Source: an uncultured Myxococcales bacterium (GTDB lineage Bacteria > Myxococcota > B64-G9). Taken from it: a DNA stretch of 64,000 nt. Made by a program: the position numbers and the translations under genes. Positions 1-10,609 of the stretch are shown here, one piece after another (position 1 is the stretch's first letter; each line of letters starts with the position of its first letter). Location: NCBI GenBank assembly GCA_964513625.1, contig CAZENH010000017.1, positions 5,947-69,946 of the forward strand. Reading direction: 5' to 3'. The notes under the pieces are model-generated. The model was not told where the DNA came from, searched no databases, and was given only the letters and a program-made list of their open reading frames with translations.

Positions 1-5
1 AGGAC

Positions 6-509
6 ATGGCCGGCTGCACGGCGCTGGCCAAGAAACTGGCAGGGACGCTGACCGCCGGCGAAAAGAAACTCAACCTGGCTGCCGGGCCCAGGCGTTTCCC
101 GGGGGCCGGGGACAAGGACTTTCTGGTGCTTGAAGTTCCGGCCGGCTTCGTCGCCAGCACCCAGACCGGGCCCGACTTCTCGGTCTACCGGCTAAGAAAG
201 GTAGTCGTCATGGGCCAGCCCGGGTCGGCTGTCGGAATATACCTGGGCGGCCATCCCAGCTACCAGCACAACCAGTCCGGAGGCGGGGCCAAGCCCGCCC
301 TGTCGAAGGGCAAGCTGCTTAAACAGGAGGTCGAGTGGCACAACTGGAGCCGCGGGAAGTTGACCACCAGCGAGGCCATCCTGCCCATGCCGGGATCCGG
401 CGGGTTGTTCCTGCACACCTTCCTGACGGCGGTCAAACCGGCCGACCTGGCCGTTTTGAAAACGGTGATCGAGAGCCTGAAGATCGAGCGCAAGAAGCCG
501 GGGGAATGA
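6..509 (+). CDS. Hypothetical protein, probably 5'-truncated by the window edge
   Basis: 167-aa ORF with GC-rich coding-like codons; the frame is open to the left edge; no family recognised. Confidence 0.6.
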   Translation: MAGCTALAKKLAGTLTAGEKKLNLAAGPRRFPGAGDKDFLVLEVPAGFVASTQTGPDFSVYRLRKVVVMGQPGSAVGIYLGGHPSYQHNQSGGGAKPALSKGKLLKQEVEWHNWSRGKLTTSEAILPMPGSGGLFLHTFLTAVKPADLAVLKTVIESLKIERKKPGE

Positions 510-597
510 TGCCTGATGCGGGACATTGATACGTCACTCAAATTGTTTCAATGACTGAATTTGCTTTGCTTGGGGCAACAGTGGGAGAATTTCCGGC

Positions 598-912
598 ATG
601 ATTCATAAAATTGTCATCCTGGCGATCGCCCTGCTGCTAGCGGCCGCCGCCTCCGAGGACTTCGCGCGGCTCTTCAAGCCGCAGAAGGGACTCGCCTGCT
701 TCGGCGATTTTCACGAGGGCTTCGTGTTCGTCGGCAAGACCGAGGCGGATTACAAGAAGATGCGCTCGCTGATCTGGCTGGACGGCAAGGAGCGCGAACA
801 CATCCCGGTCTCCAAAGACGACCCCCAGGCCAAACAGGCGCGTTGCTACGCGGTTGGTCCCCACCGGGGCCTGAACGTCAAGAACTGGTGCTGCCGAGAG
901 AAGAGAAAATGA
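598..912 (+). CDS. Small secreted hypothetical protein
   Basis: Signal-peptide-like N-terminus MIHKIVILAIALLLAAAA; GGGAG upstream; stop overlaps the next ATG (ATGA). Confidence 0.65.
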   Translation: MIHKIVILAIALLLAAAASEDFARLFKPQKGLACFGDFHEGFVFVGKTEADYKKMRSLIWLDGKEREHIPVSKDDPQAKQARCYAVGPHRGLNVKNWCCREKRK

Positions 913-1448
913 AAATCGATACCATAAATATCATCAGGGATTGGATCACCTCGGGGGCGGTGGTCGTCGGCGGGCTGTGGGCCCTGTGGAAATTCGGATA
1001 TTCCGAGCGGCGACAGAGAAAGAAAGAAATGCCGGCTATCACGGGCCACGCCAACGCCAAGGTCGTAAAGTCGATGGGAGACAACGCCTTCGTGGATTTC
1101 CGGTCGAGGTGGAAGAATCACAGCCCGATGCCGGTCACGATCGATCCGGAAAAAATCAGCGTGGAAGTTTATTCGATCAAGGTCGCAGACAAACCCGGCT
1201 TCATGAACATTCCGGATGAACTGGACAAACCCGAGCACAGCAGTTGCCCCTTCCAGGGTTACAGGGAACTGGTGCTGGAGCCAGGCACCGACAGCGTCTT
1301 CAAGGCCTACGCGACGCTCGAGCGGGAACGGGTCTACCTGGTGCGCTGGACGGTCACCGAAAAAGCGAGCAACGACCCTTATTTCTGGGATACCGAATCA
1401 CTGCTGGATCTGAGAAGCGATCCGGAAGAAGAAGCGGAAAAGAGCTGA
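909..1448 (+). CDS. Hypothetical protein with single N-terminal TM helix
   Basis: Start moved to ATG 909 (ATGA coupling with the upstream gene); TM segment ITSGAVVVGGLWALWKFG followed by a beta-rich soluble domain. Confidence 0.7.
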   Translation: MKIDTINIIRDWITSGAVVVGGLWALWKFGYSERRQRKKEMPAITGHANAKVVKSMGDNAFVDFRSRWKNHSPMPVTIDPEKISVEVYSIKVADKPGFMNIPDELDKPEHSSCPFQGYRELVLEPGTDSVFKAYATLERERVYLVRWTVTEKASNDPYFWDTESLLDLRSDPEEEAEKS

Positions 1449-1455
1449 CCGGCAG

Positions 1456-1471
1456 CCGTCAGGGGACGGCG
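1456..1471. terminator. GC hairpin between convergent genes (possible bidirectional terminator)
   Basis: gccgtc-aggg-gacggc between the stops at 1448 (+) and 1481 (-); no clear U-tract. Confidence 0.35.
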
Positions 1472-1480
1472 ATATCCGGT

Positions 1481-2767
1481 TCAGGCCGACACTTCGGGAA
1501 CTATCGATTCGAAACCCGTATACGATCTCAGCGCCTCGGGTATGATCACGCTGCCGTCTTGTTGCTGGTAGTTTTCCAGGATGGCGGCCAGCGTGCGGCC
1601 GATTGCCAGGCCCGAGCCGTTGATGGTGTGCACAAGTTCGGGCTTCTTGCCCGGCTCGCGCCTGAAACGGATCTGGGCCCGGCGGGCCTGGAAATCCTCG
1701 AAGTTCGAACAGGATGAGATCTCCAAGAACCTGTTCTGGCCCGGCATCCAGACTTCCAGATCGTAAGTCTTGGCCGCGGAGAAGCCCAGGTCGCCTCCGC
1801 ACAGGCTGACCACCCGGTAGTGCAGGCCGAGCCGGATCAGAACCTGCTCGGCTTCTTTAGTCAGCGACTCCAGCGCCCGGTAGGAATCCTCGGGTTTGGA
1901 AAACTGCACCAGCTCAACCTTGTTGAACTGGTGCTGGCGGGTCAGGCCGCGGGTATCCTTGCCGTGGGCGCCGGCCTCGCGCCTGAAACAGGGCGTGTAG
2001 GCCGCGTACTTCAACGGCAGGCTCCGGCCTTCCAGGATCTCGTCGCGGTGCAGGTTGGTCACCGGCACCTCGGCCGTGGGAATCAGAAACAGCTCGGGAT
2101 CGACGGTCTTGAATGCGTCTTCCTCGAACTTGGGAAGCTGCCCGGTTCCTTGCATCATCTCGCGCAACACCAGAAAGGGCGTCAGCACCTCGGTGTAGCC
2201 GTGCTCGCGGGTGTGCACCTCGAGCATGAAATTGATAAGCGCCCGCTCTAGGCGCGCGCCGCGGCCGGTCATGACCGTGAAGCGCGAGCCCGAGAGCTTG
2301 GCGCCCCGGGCGAAATCCAAAATGCCGAGATCCTCGCCCAGCTCCCAGTGAGGCCGGGGGGCGAAGCCGAACTCGGGCGGGCGCCCGGAGGTTCTGACCA
2401 GCGGGTTGTCTTCTTCGCTCGTGCCGGCAACGACGGTCGGGTGCGGCAGGTTGGGGATGGTCAGCAACAGGGCTTGCAGATCGTCCTCGACCTTTCCAAG
2501 TTCCTGCTCGAGCTCCTTCTGGCGTGTGGAAGTCTCCTTGAGCCTGTCCCTCAGGTTGGCGGCGGCGGCGGGATCGCTTTTTACCAATTCCTTCATCTCG
2601 GCCCCGGCCCGCTTCTTGTCATGCCTGAGACTCTCGACCTCCTGAATCAGCTCGCGCCTCCGCAGGCCCAGCCGGGCAAGCTCCTCCAGGCCGGCCACCC
2701 GGCCGCGAATCGCCAGCCGGCTCTGGACCTCGTCCGGCTTGTCGGTTACCAGTCTCAAGTCCAGCAT
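1481..2767 (-). CDS. serS: Seryl-tRNA synthetase
   Basis: N-terminal coiled coil; LIPTAEVP, motif 2 FRREAG...[16 protein letters not shown], motif 3 [10 protein letters not shown]. Confidence 0.98.
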   Translation of the reverse strand: MLDLRLVTDKPDEVQSRLAIRGRVAGLEELARLGLRRRELIQEVESLRHDKKRAGAEMKELVKSDPAAAANLRDRLKETSTRQKELEQELGKVEDDLQALLLTIPNLPHPTVVAGTSEEDNPLVRTSGRPPEFGFAPRPHWELGEDLGILDFARGAKLSGSRFTVMTGRGARLERALINFMLEVHTREHGYTEVLTPFLVLREMMQGTGQLPKFEEDAFKTVDPELFLIPTAEVPVTNLHRDEILEGRSLPLKYAAYTPCFRREAGAHGKDTRGLTRQHQFNKVELVQFSKPEDSYRALESLTKEAEQVLIRLGLHYRVVSLCGGDLGFSAAKTYDLEVWMPGQNRFLEISSCSNFEDFQARRAQIRFRREPGKKPELVHTINGSGLAIGRTLAAILENYQQQDGSVIIPEALRSYTGFESIVPEVSA

Positions 2768-2798
2768 GGAATCGTGTCGTCTCCGGATCCGCGGGTGC

Positions 2799-5700
2799 TC
2801 ATCTGAGATAGTCCATTTCGTCCTTGACGTCGTCGGCGTCCGGGGCGTCGGGGCGCAGGCGCAGGTATGTTCTGAACTCGGCCTTGGCCTTCTTGTTGTT
2901 GCCGGAAGCCTTGTAGACGTAACCCAGGTAGTAGTGCGGCATGGGATCCTTGGGATCGTTCTTGACTGCCTTGGCGTAAAACAAGACGGCCTTCGAGCGT
3001 TTCTCGAGGTTGTCGTAGGCGCGTCCCAGCCTGTAGGCCAACCCGGGAAACTTGGGATCCTTCGAGTATGCCTGCTGCAGCGTCTTTAAAGCCTTCCGGA
3101 ACTGTCCCTGCTGGAGATAGGCGTCGCCCAGGGCCGCCCGCACGTCGATCCGCCGCGGCTTCGCCCGGACCACCCGCTTGTACAAGTCGATGGCCTGGTC
3201 GAATTGCAGGCGGCTGGCAAGCGCCTTGCCCAGCTCGACCGATGCATCAATATGCCCGGGGTCTATCTTTATCGCCAGCTGAAACTCGTCTATGGCGTCC
3301 GAAAGCATGTCCTGGGCCTGGAAACACTGTCCCATGTGAAAATGGGCGTCGGCATTTTTCGGGTCGAGCGTCTCTACCTGTTTGAAAAGCTCTTGGGCCT
3401 TTTCGTATTCCTTGTTTTTCAGAAATAGCATAGCCAGCTGGAAGACCGCCGTGGAGTTCGAGCTGTTCAGGCCGCTCGCGGACTGGTAGTAGTGCGTGGC
3501 CGCCTGCTGATCGCCGACCGCCTCGGCGGCCATTCCCGCGCGTACATACAGGCGATCGTCCTTGGGATTTTCGCGGATGGCATCTTCGTACATCTTGAGC
3601 GCTTCTTTGTATTTTTTCATAAGGTAAAGAGTGTAACCATGTTCGAGGGCAAGATCGGGGAAACGCGGCGACAGCAGCGCAACCCGCTTGTAACGCTCGA
3701 TGGCAAGATCCAGCTTGCCCGTGTCGCGCAGGGCGTTGCCCAGATTGAAATGCGCCGAGGCCAGGTCGGGATCAAGCCGCAAGGCTTCTTCGAATTCCTT
3801 CTTGGCCAGGCTGGTGTTGCCCTGCTTGAGGTAGGCTTCGCCGAGCCCGTTGTGAACCACCGCCGAACGCGGGTTGATCTTGGCGGCGCTGGTCAGTTCG
3901 ACCAGAGCGTCCTTGAGTTTGTCCTGCTTCAGGTACAACCTGGCGATGGCTACCCGCGCGGTCAGGTATTTAGGGGATATCTGCGCCGATCGCCTGAACA
4001 GCCCCAGGGCTTGATCCGGTTTGTCGAGGTCTTCCGCGATGCGGCCGAGCAGGTATACCGGACGCGGATCCTTGGGTTGGGAAGCGGCGATTTTCTCCAG
4101 GAACATCTTGGCCTTGACGATGTCGCCGTTCTGCCACATGGCACGGCCCTTGCCGACCAGTGCGTCCACGTTCGTGGGGGCCTGCTTGAGCGCATTGGCA
4201 AAGAGTTCCTCGGCCTTGGCATACTCGCCGACGTCCAGAAAGAAATTGCCCAGGGCGGCCTTGTATTCGATCTTGGCCGGGTTCAGCCCAATGGCGGCAT
4301 TGAGATCCTGGACGACCTTGTCGTTTGAGTGCCGGTGTATGTTGATCTCCGCGCGCAAGGCATGCGCCTTGGCTTTCTCCGAAGGAGCCAGCCCTTCAAA
4401 CTGCTTGCCGAAAACGAGCTTGAGACTCTCCTCGCCGGCCTGGTCGTCGTGTTTGACCTCAACCTGGATCTTGGCCTGTTCGACCGCCGAGTTGACATGG
4501 TGCGGGTTTTTCTCGATGGCCTTCTGGTAAAAGAGAATCGCGTTATCAAAGTCGCCTTGCAGGTACTGGATGTCCCCGAGCGCATGATAAGCCTTGGCGT
4601 AGTCGGGATCGATTACGGTGGAGCGATCGAAAAAGCGCGCCGCCTCCGTCCATTTTTTCTGGAAAGCCATGGCCCAGCCCGAGAGGTACAAGGCCTCCTT
4701 GTCGTGCGAGTCCTTTCCCACCAGCGGGGCGAGTTCCTGGGCGGCCTTTGCGGGATCTTCCAGGATTTCGTAAGCCGCCTTGGCCTTGCGGTACTCGGGC
4801 GTATCCGAGTCTTCTTCTTCCATCTTCTGAAGCACCTTGCGGCCCCGGGCTAAAAAAACTTCGTTGGCGCCATAGTTGCGAAGCATGGCGGCCAAGGACA
4901 GGGCCAACAGGTAACGATCTTCCTTGGTATCGTCCCCTTCTTTGAACTTGGTCAGCAGGTCCCTGATCAACGAGTCATAACCGGCGTAGGTGTCTTCAAA
5001 GAACAGCCTGCGAGCCTGGCTGGCGGCGTTCGAACTGTGATCGGGAAGCTGTGTGCCGCCATCGGTCAGCTGTGTGCCCTTCGTATCGCCGCTCAGCAGG
5101 CGGTAGGCGAAAAAACCGTAACGGGTGAAGCCCAGGGCCACGCCGGCGATGACGATCAGGATCACGGCCGCCAGGCCGAGCATCAGGCCGGCGCCGGACT
5201 TGGCGGCCTCTTGCAGCGGCGGCTCCGCGAAATCGAGGCCCTTGGGAGCCACGTCGACCTCGATCGAGGCCATGTCGTCGTCCAGGCCGCTGACCGAAGA
5301 TTCTGTCTGGCCCCCGGGGGCTCCGACGACCGGCTCCTCCATCAGCAGCCTGATGGTCTCCGCGAATTCTTCGAAGGCGCCCAGGGGCTTGAAGGTCAAC
5401 CCGTCACGGGAGGCCTCTTCGTTGCCCATCAGCTGGTGCTCGGCGAGCATCTTGTTAATCGTTTCCGCTACAAAAGGTCCGAAGACCTTGCCGCTCTTGC
5501 GCCTGATCCTGAAATGGATGGTCTGGGCTTTCGCGGCTTCGTCCTCAGAACCGATTTCGCGGTCGATGAAATCGAAGATCTTTCCCTCGGCCCCCGGCGT
5601 GGGATTGGGTGTGGCCTGAGGCTGCGAGGCTGAAGCCCCGCCGCCGGGAATGTCGGGCAACGAAGGCATCGGCGCCGGTATCGGGCCGGGCCCGCCGCCG

Positions 5701-5981
5701 ATAGAGGGCAAGGTCGAGCCTCCCAGCGATGATTTGGCGGGTGCGCTGAATGGCGCGGCTTCCTCCGGCAGATCCAGTTCCAGAGAATCGCCGCCGACAT
5801 CATCCGAAAGATCGATATCGCCGAGTTCGAACATATCGCCGGCGGTCTGCGGGGCCTGGCCTCCCAGGGTTACCAGAAACGTGGCCAGGCACTTGGGGCA
5901 CTTTATCTGCAACCCCTCGGGAGGAACCCTGGCGTCGTCGATGTTGTATTCCGATCCGCATTTTTCACAACGTACCTTCAT
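2799..5981 (-). CDS. Zinc-ribbon (MJ0042-type) / GYF-like / TM / multi-TPR protein
   Basis: CEKC..CPKC zinc ribbon, Pro-rich linker, GYF_2-like FGPF segment, one TM helix, then more than a dozen TPR-like repeats. ATG 5981 is preferred for AGGGAG spacing; GTG 5987 is the alternative. Confidence 0.85.
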   Translation of the reverse strand: MKVRCEKCGSEYNIDDARVPPEGLQIKCPKCLATFLVTLGGQAPQTAGDMFELGDIDLSDDVGGDSLELDLPEEAAPFSAPAKSSLGGSTLPSIGGGPGPIPAPMPSLPDIPGGGASASQPQATPNPTPGAEGKIFDFIDREIGSEDEAAKAQTIHFRIRRKSGKVFGPFVAETINKMLAEHQLMGNEEASRDGLTFKPLGAFEEFAETIRLLMEEPVVGAPGGQTESSVSGLDDDMASIEVDVAPKGLDFAEPPLQEAAKSGAGLMLGLAAVILIVIAGVALGFTRYGFFAYRLLSGDTKGTQLTDGGTQLPDHSSNAASQARRLFFEDTYAGYDSLIRDLLTKFKEGDDTKEDRYLLALSLAAMLRNYGANEVFLARGRKVLQKMEEEDSDTPEYRKAKAAYEILEDPAKAAQELAPLVGKDSHDKEALYLSGWAMAFQKKWTEAARFFDRSTVIDPDYAKAYHALGDIQYLQGDFDNAILFYQKAIEKNPHHVNSAVEQAKIQVEVKHDDQAGEESLKLVFGKQFEGLAPSEKAKAHALRAEINIHRHSNDKVVQDLNAAIGLNPAKIEYKAALGNFFLDVGEYAKAEELFANALKQAPTNVDALVGKGRAMWQNGDIVKAKMFLEKIAASQPKDPRPVYLLGRIAEDLDKPDQALGLFRRSAQISPKYLTARVAIARLYLKQDKLKDALVELTSAAKINPRSAVVHNGLGEAYLKQGNTSLAKKEFEEALRLDPDLASAHFNLGNALRDTGKLDLAIERYKRVALLSPRFPDLALEHGYTLYLMKKYKEALKMYEDAIRENPKDDRLYVRAGMAAEAVGDQQAATHYYQSASGLNSSNSTAVFQLAMLFLKNKEYEKAQELFKQVETLDPKNADAHFHMGQCFQAQDMLSDAIDEFQLAIKIDPGHIDASVELGKALASRLQFDQAIDLYKRVVRAKPRRIDVRAALGDAYLQQGQFRKALKTLQQAYSKDPKFPGLAYRLGRAYDNLEKRSKAVLFYAKAVKNDPKDPMPHYYLGYVYKASGNNKKAKAEFRTYLRLRPDAPDADDVKDEMDYLR

Positions 5982-6130
5982 TACCACTTCTCCCTGCGCG
6001 GCTGTTGTCTTGGGTGAAGATTACCCGCACTCTTTGGCCGATAATTGAAGCATAGGCCGGAGTAGCGGTCAAGCTGTCGGAGTCGGACTATCGATCTTGA
6101 TCCTTTCGGTGATCGTGTTACCTTGCGAAA

Positions 6131-8821
6131 ATGCGCGGGCGACGGGTGATCTTCGCGGCGCTCTACTTCACGGGCGCCATGTCGGCCTTGATCCTGGAAG
6201 TGGCCTGGACCAGGCTGATGGCTACCTTGTTGGGAAGCGCGCTGCTCGCGGTAAGTTCGGTGCTGGCCGCTTTCATGGGCGGGCTGGCCGCGGGCGCGTT
6301 CGTCGGCGGCAGGATAGCCTCCAGGCTGCGCCGTCCGGCGCCGGCTTTCGCGCTGATCCTTTTTTTAGGCGGGGCAGCGGCTTTCCTGCCCATGTTGGCC
6401 CGACTCTCACCGCTCCAGCTGAACTTCGTGGCGGCCCTTTTGTGCGTGGCGCTGGCATCCTTGCCGCTTGGAATGGCTTTTCCGCTTGCCTGCCGCGTGC
6501 GCGAGATCGACGGCAGCGGACTGGCCGCTGCACCCGGAAGACTGTATGCCCTGGACACATCGGGAGCGCTGGCCGGCTTGATAGCGGCGATCGTGTTGAT
6601 CCCGAGAATCGGGCTTACAAACTGCCTGGTTCTGGCGGCGGTGATCCGCGGCATTTCCGGGTTGCTTTGCCTGCCGCTCTACCCGCAAGGCAAACGGCCC
6701 TCGCCGCAAGACGCGCCGGCGGACCGGCCGCCGCCCGCGGGCGTGGGCCGGGCCGCTTTCTTGCTTGTGGCCGCAGCGGGATTTTGCGGGCTGGGAGCCG
6801 AGACGATCTGGAGCCGGCTACTGGCCTTCGTGCTCTACAAGGGATCTACGACTTACGCCTTCGCGGCCATGTTGGGCGTGGTTCTGGGCCTGGCTTCGCT
6901 GGGAGCCTGGACGGCTAGCCGCGGCCGCAAGGAGCGAGCCTTGCTGCTGGCCTCGCGGGGCGCCGTCCTGTGCGGCCTGGGACTGTTCCTGTCGCTGGTC
7001 TGCTTGTTGCTGGCCGGGCCGCAACCGACCACGGCCGCTCTCGGCTTGTTCGATCTGGCGACCACGCTGATCGCTTGCGGGCCTGTAAGTTTCTTCTCCG
7101 GGATGGTTTTCGCCTCCGCCTGCCGGGCCGCCAAGGATCGGGCCGCCGCGCGTCCGGCGGGGTTCTTGCTTTCGGCCAACGCGGCGGCGGCGGTGGCGGG
7201 CGCGCTGGTTGTTCCACTGGTAATCGTTCCGCTTGCGGGCTTGTCCGTTAGCATGCTGGTGCTTGCGGTATTGATGTCGCTTGCCGGCTGGGCGGCGCAT
7301 CCCGCGGGCCGGCGCAAGACAATTTATATACCGCTTGCGGCTGCGCTCGCGTTCGCCGGCCTGTTTTTCATAGGGCCTGGCTGGGTGCGCCATCTCGGGA
7401 CCCCGGTCTACTACCGCGAGGGTCGGGACGTGTCGGTGGCGGCAATAGACGAGGCGGGCGGCAGAAGACTGTACGTCGACGGGATTGCCGTGGCCGGCAC
7501 CGATCTGATCATGGCCAGCGACCAGAAGACCCTGGCACACCTGCCGCTGCTTCTGCACCCCGACCCCCACGCGGCTTTGACAATCGGGTTCGGTTCGGGC
7601 GGAACCTCGTACTCGATGTTGTTGCACCCCGGCCTCAGAGTCAGCTGCGTGGAGATATCCCCGACGGTGATTTCGGCAGCGCCATATTTCGAAAAGGCCA
7701 ATCACGGGTTGCTTGCGGGAAAGCCCAGTCAGCGTTACCGGCTGATCGTCGAGGATGCCAGGCGCCTGCTGGCCGAGAGCGACCAGTACTATGATGTGAT
7801 TGTGAACGATTGCACGGATCTGGCTTACCGCAGCGATGCCTCGCTGTACACTCGCGACTTCTTCGAACTGGTCAGGAGGCGCCTGCACCCGGACGGGATT
7901 GCCGCCGCCTGGGTTCCGCTGCGGGGTCAGGCGCCCTATCGAGTGCTGCGCTCGGTCATCGCTACCTTCGCTAGCGTGTTTCCCGACATCGCGCTATGGG
8001 TCATAGATGCCTATCCCACTCATTTCGGCATACTTACGGGCAGCTCGCGTCCGCTGAAAGCGAATATGCGACGCATCCGCCGGGCGCTCGAAAACCGGTC
8101 CGTCAGAGCCGACCTTCAAGAAATCAGCCTTGACGATGCTGCCAGGCTGGCCTCGCTCCGGCACTTCGATGACCATACCTTGAGGAGCTTTTCTAAGGGC
8201 GCCGTTTTGCATACGGATGATCGACCGCTGATCGAATTTCTGGCGCCCGGCGAATCCGGAGACGATGCAAGCGCTTACGACTTTCTGCGCTACGTTGGGC
8301 GCTCGTGTTCATCCGTGTCCTTGTCTCACATCCAATCCGGCGATCTGGCTTTGGTGGGCTTGCAGGTCTTGGAGCGGCCCTGGATGCTTGCCGGACACAA
8401 GGCGTACCTGGAAGGCAAAGAGCAAGACGCCCGGGCGCTATACTTGCGCGCCATGCTTCTTGCGCCCGCCGATCCCGCCCCGCGAATGCTTGTGGGCCTC
8501 GATGATCGGCAAATCGAGCGGATTATGAAGCGGCCCGGCATGGGCGCGGCCCTTGTGTTGCAAGGACGCCCCCGCAAGGCACTCGAGACGCTAAAGCCCA
8601 CACTGGCGTCGGATCCAGAGAATCCGCAGGCGAATCTGGTCAGAGGCGAGGCTCTTTTGCGCCTGGGGCGAAGCGGCGAGGCTAGTCATGCTTTCGAGCG
8701 TGTATTAATAAGAGCGCGACATGGAAGACTCTCGGACTGGGCTATAGGGGGGCTGGTGCGGGCCCGCTTGCCCGGGCCGCTGGAAATGGTCATTTGGGCC
8801 TTGACGTTTGCAGGACTATGA
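6131..8821 (+). CDS. Fused multi-TM / spermidine synthase-like methyltransferase-fold protein with C-terminal TPR
   Basis: LEVAWTR and ETIWSR membrane repeats; IGFGSGGT SAM/dcSAM-binding loop; CVEI; YDVIVNDCTD; LHTDDRPLIEF. Confidence 0.85.
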   Translation: MRGRRVIFAALYFTGAMSALILEVAWTRLMATLLGSALLAVSSVLAAFMGGLAAGAFVGGRIASRLRRPAPAFALILFLGGAAAFLPMLARLSPLQLNFVAALLCVALASLPLGMAFPLACRVREIDGSGLAAAPGRLYALDTSGALAGLIAAIVLIPRIGLTNCLVLAAVIRGISGLLCLPLYPQGKRPSPQDAPADRPPPAGVGRAAFLLVAAAGFCGLGAETIWSRLLAFVLYKGSTTYAFAAMLGVVLGLASLGAWTASRGRKERALLLASRGAVLCGLGLFLSLVCLLLAGPQPTTAALGLFDLATTLIACGPVSFFSGMVFASACRAAKDRAAARPAGFLLSANAAAAVAGALVVPLVIVPLAGLSVSMLVLAVLMSLAGWAAHPAGRRKTIYIPLAAALAFAGLFFIGPGWVRHLGTPVYYREGRDVSVAAIDEAGGRRLYVDGIAVAGTDLIMASDQKTLAHLPLLLHPDPHAALTIGFGSGGTSYSMLLHPGLRVSCVEISPTVISAAPYFEKANHGLLAGKPSQRYRLIVEDARRLLAESDQYYDVIVNDCTDLAYRSDASLYTRDFFELVRRRLHPDGIAAAWVPLRGQAPYRVLRSVIATFASVFPDIALWVIDAYPTHFGILTGSSRPLKANMRRIRRALENRSVRADLQEISLDDAARLASLRHFDDHTLRSFSKGAVLHTDDRPLIEFLAPGESGDDASAYDFLRYVGRSCSSVSLSHIQSGDLALVGLQVLERPWMLAGHKAYLEGKEQDARALYLRAMLLAPADPAPRMLVGLDDRQIERIMKRPGMGAALVLQGRPRKALETLKPTLASDPENPQANLVRGEALLRLGRSGEASHAFERVLIRARHGRLSDWAIGGLVRARLPGPLEMVIWALTFAGL

Positions 8822-8884
8822 TTATTTTCAGTAACTTGAGGAGAAAAACAGGGAAATGGAAACTTGTCGTAAGGGAGCAAAGAC

Positions 8885-9487
8885 ATGAGCCGGCAGGATG
8901 ACGACGCTGAGAGCAAGGGTTTTACGGTCAATGATCGGCGCTGGTGGCTCGATGACGAGAAAATGGATTCGTTCGCATCCGACCAGTCGCAGGAAAAGAA
9001 ACCGAGCTTTGTCGAGAAGTTGCAAGAAGAGATCGAGCAGAAGAACCGCACCCTGCAGAACTATATCCAGGCTCACAAAGAGTCCAAGGCCGACATGGAC
9101 GAGGCTCGCGGGCGGCTCGAACGCGAGCTGGAAAGGCGCCTCGATATCGAGAAGGCCAGGTTAGCCGAGCCGTTCATCGACGTGCTCGATAGCCTGTACA
9201 GGATGCGCGAGGCATTGCAGGAAGCCGCAGCCTCGGAAACACTAATCGAAGGCATGAGCCTTGTCGTCAAACAACTCGAAGATCGTCTATCCAGGATTGG
9301 AATCGAACCCGTTGTTACTTCCGGCGAGCGCTTCGATCCTGTCAGCATGGAGGCGCTGATGACCTGCGAGGTGGAGGACGAACGCGAAGGTCTGGTCGTA
9401 CAGGAAATCCGCCCAGGATACAGGCTGGGTGACCAGGTAGTCCGCCCGGCCGGCGTTCGAGTCGGCGTCGGCAAGCGGAAAGGTTAG
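8885..9487 (+). CDS. grpE: Nucleotide exchange factor GrpE
   Basis: Long N-terminal helix; GERFDP..MEAL; [15 protein letters not shown]-terminal motif. Confidence 0.9.
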   Translation: MSRQDDDAESKGFTVNDRRWWLDDEKMDSFASDQSQEKKPSFVEKLQEEIEQKNRTLQNYIQAHKESKADMDEARGRLERELERRLDIEKARLAEPFIDVLDSLYRMREALQEAAASETLIEGMSLVVKQLEDRLSRIGIEPVVTSGERFDPVSMEALMTCEVEDEREGLVVQEIRPGYRLGDQVVRPAGVRVGVGKRKG

Positions 9488-9492
9488 CGGAA

Positions 9493-10605
9493 GTGGAGCG
9501 CGACTACTACGAAATCCTCGGCGTTGAACGCAGCGCCGGCGAGGTCGAGATCAAGAAGGCCTACCGCCGGTTGGCGGTCGAGTATCATCCCGATCGAAAC
9601 GAGGGCAGCAAGGAAGCCGAGGAGAAATTCAAGGAGTTGGCCGAGGCCTATGGAATCCTGAGCGATCCTCAGAAGAGGCAGATGTATGATCGTTTCGGCA
9701 AGGAGGGCCTGCGCGGAGCAGGCTTCGCGCCCGGTTTCTCTTCGGTCGAAGACATCTTCTCGAGTTTCGGAAGCATTTTCGACGATCTGTTCGGCTTTGG
9801 CTTCGGAGGGCGTCGGGGCAGGAGCCAGGATCCGAACGGCCCCCGCAGGGGAGCCGACCTGCGTTACGACTTGTCGATTTCATTTGCTGAGTCCGTGAGG
9901 GGAACGGAGCGCGAAATCTCTCTGGCGCATCGGGTAACCTGCCAGACCTGCTCCGGCTCCGGCGCTGCTCCGGGCACCTCGCGCAAGACCTGCTCGCGCT
10001 GCGGGGGTAGCGGACAGTTCATGCAAAGTCAGGGCTTCTTCACCATCGCCAGCACTTGTCCCGAGTGCCGCGGCGCGGGCAGCATCGTCGAGAGCCCCTG
10101 CCAGGAGTGTCACGGAGCGGGGCTGGTCGAAAAGGAAAGCAAGGTGACGGTGACCATTCCGGCCGGGGTCGACGACGGGATGCGCATGCGCCTTGGCGGA
10201 GAGGGCGAGGCCGGCCAAAACGGCGGACCGCAGGGCGATCTGTACGTGTTTCTGCATGTCGAGCCGGACGAGCACTGCCTGAGGGACGGCTACGATCTTC
10301 ACCTCGAGGCGGACATCGATTTTGCCCAGGCCGCGCTGGGAGCGACCATCGAGGTGACTGTGCTGGACGAGGAGCACGACGTCAAGGTGCGCCGCGGTAC
10401 TCAGCCCGGCGATAGCGTGGTCCTGCGCGGGGAGGGAGTGCCCAGATTGCGCGGTCACGGCAAGGGCGACCTGGTCGTGCACCTGAACGTGAAGATCCCG
10501 AAGAAGCTTTCAGCCGAGCAGGATCAGCTCTTGCGCCGCTGGGCCGAACTGGCCGACTTCGAAGTCAAGAAGAAGAAAAAAGGTCTTTTCGGACGGAAAA
10601 GCTGA
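9493..10605 (+). CDS. dnaJ: Chaperone DnaJ (class A)
   Basis: J-domain with HPD, G/F-rich region, four CxxCxGxG repeats, C-terminal domain; GTG start. Confidence 0.97.
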   Translation: MERDYYEILGVERSAGEVEIKKAYRRLAVEYHPDRNEGSKEAEEKFKELAEAYGILSDPQKRQMYDRFGKEGLRGAGFAPGFSSVEDIFSSFGSIFDDLFGFGFGGRRGRSQDPNGPRRGADLRYDLSISFAESVRGTEREISLAHRVTCQTCSGSGAAPGTSRKTCSRCGGSGQFMQSQGFFTIASTCPECRGAGSIVESPCQECHGAGLVEKESKVTVTIPAGVDDGMRMRLGGEGEAGQNGGPQGDLYVFLHVEPDEHCLRDGYDLHLEADIDFAQAALGATIEVTVLDEEHDVKVRRGTQPGDSVVLRGEGVPRLRGHGKGDLVVHLNVKIPKKLSAEQDQLLRRWAELADFEVKKKKKGLFGRKS

Positions 10606-10609
10606 ACCG

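Noticed and set aside
8822-8884. CIRCE or sigma32 promoter before grpE
   Set aside because: No TTAGCACTC-N9-GAGTGCTAA, and no CCCCAT -10 at a suitable distance from the CTTGA.
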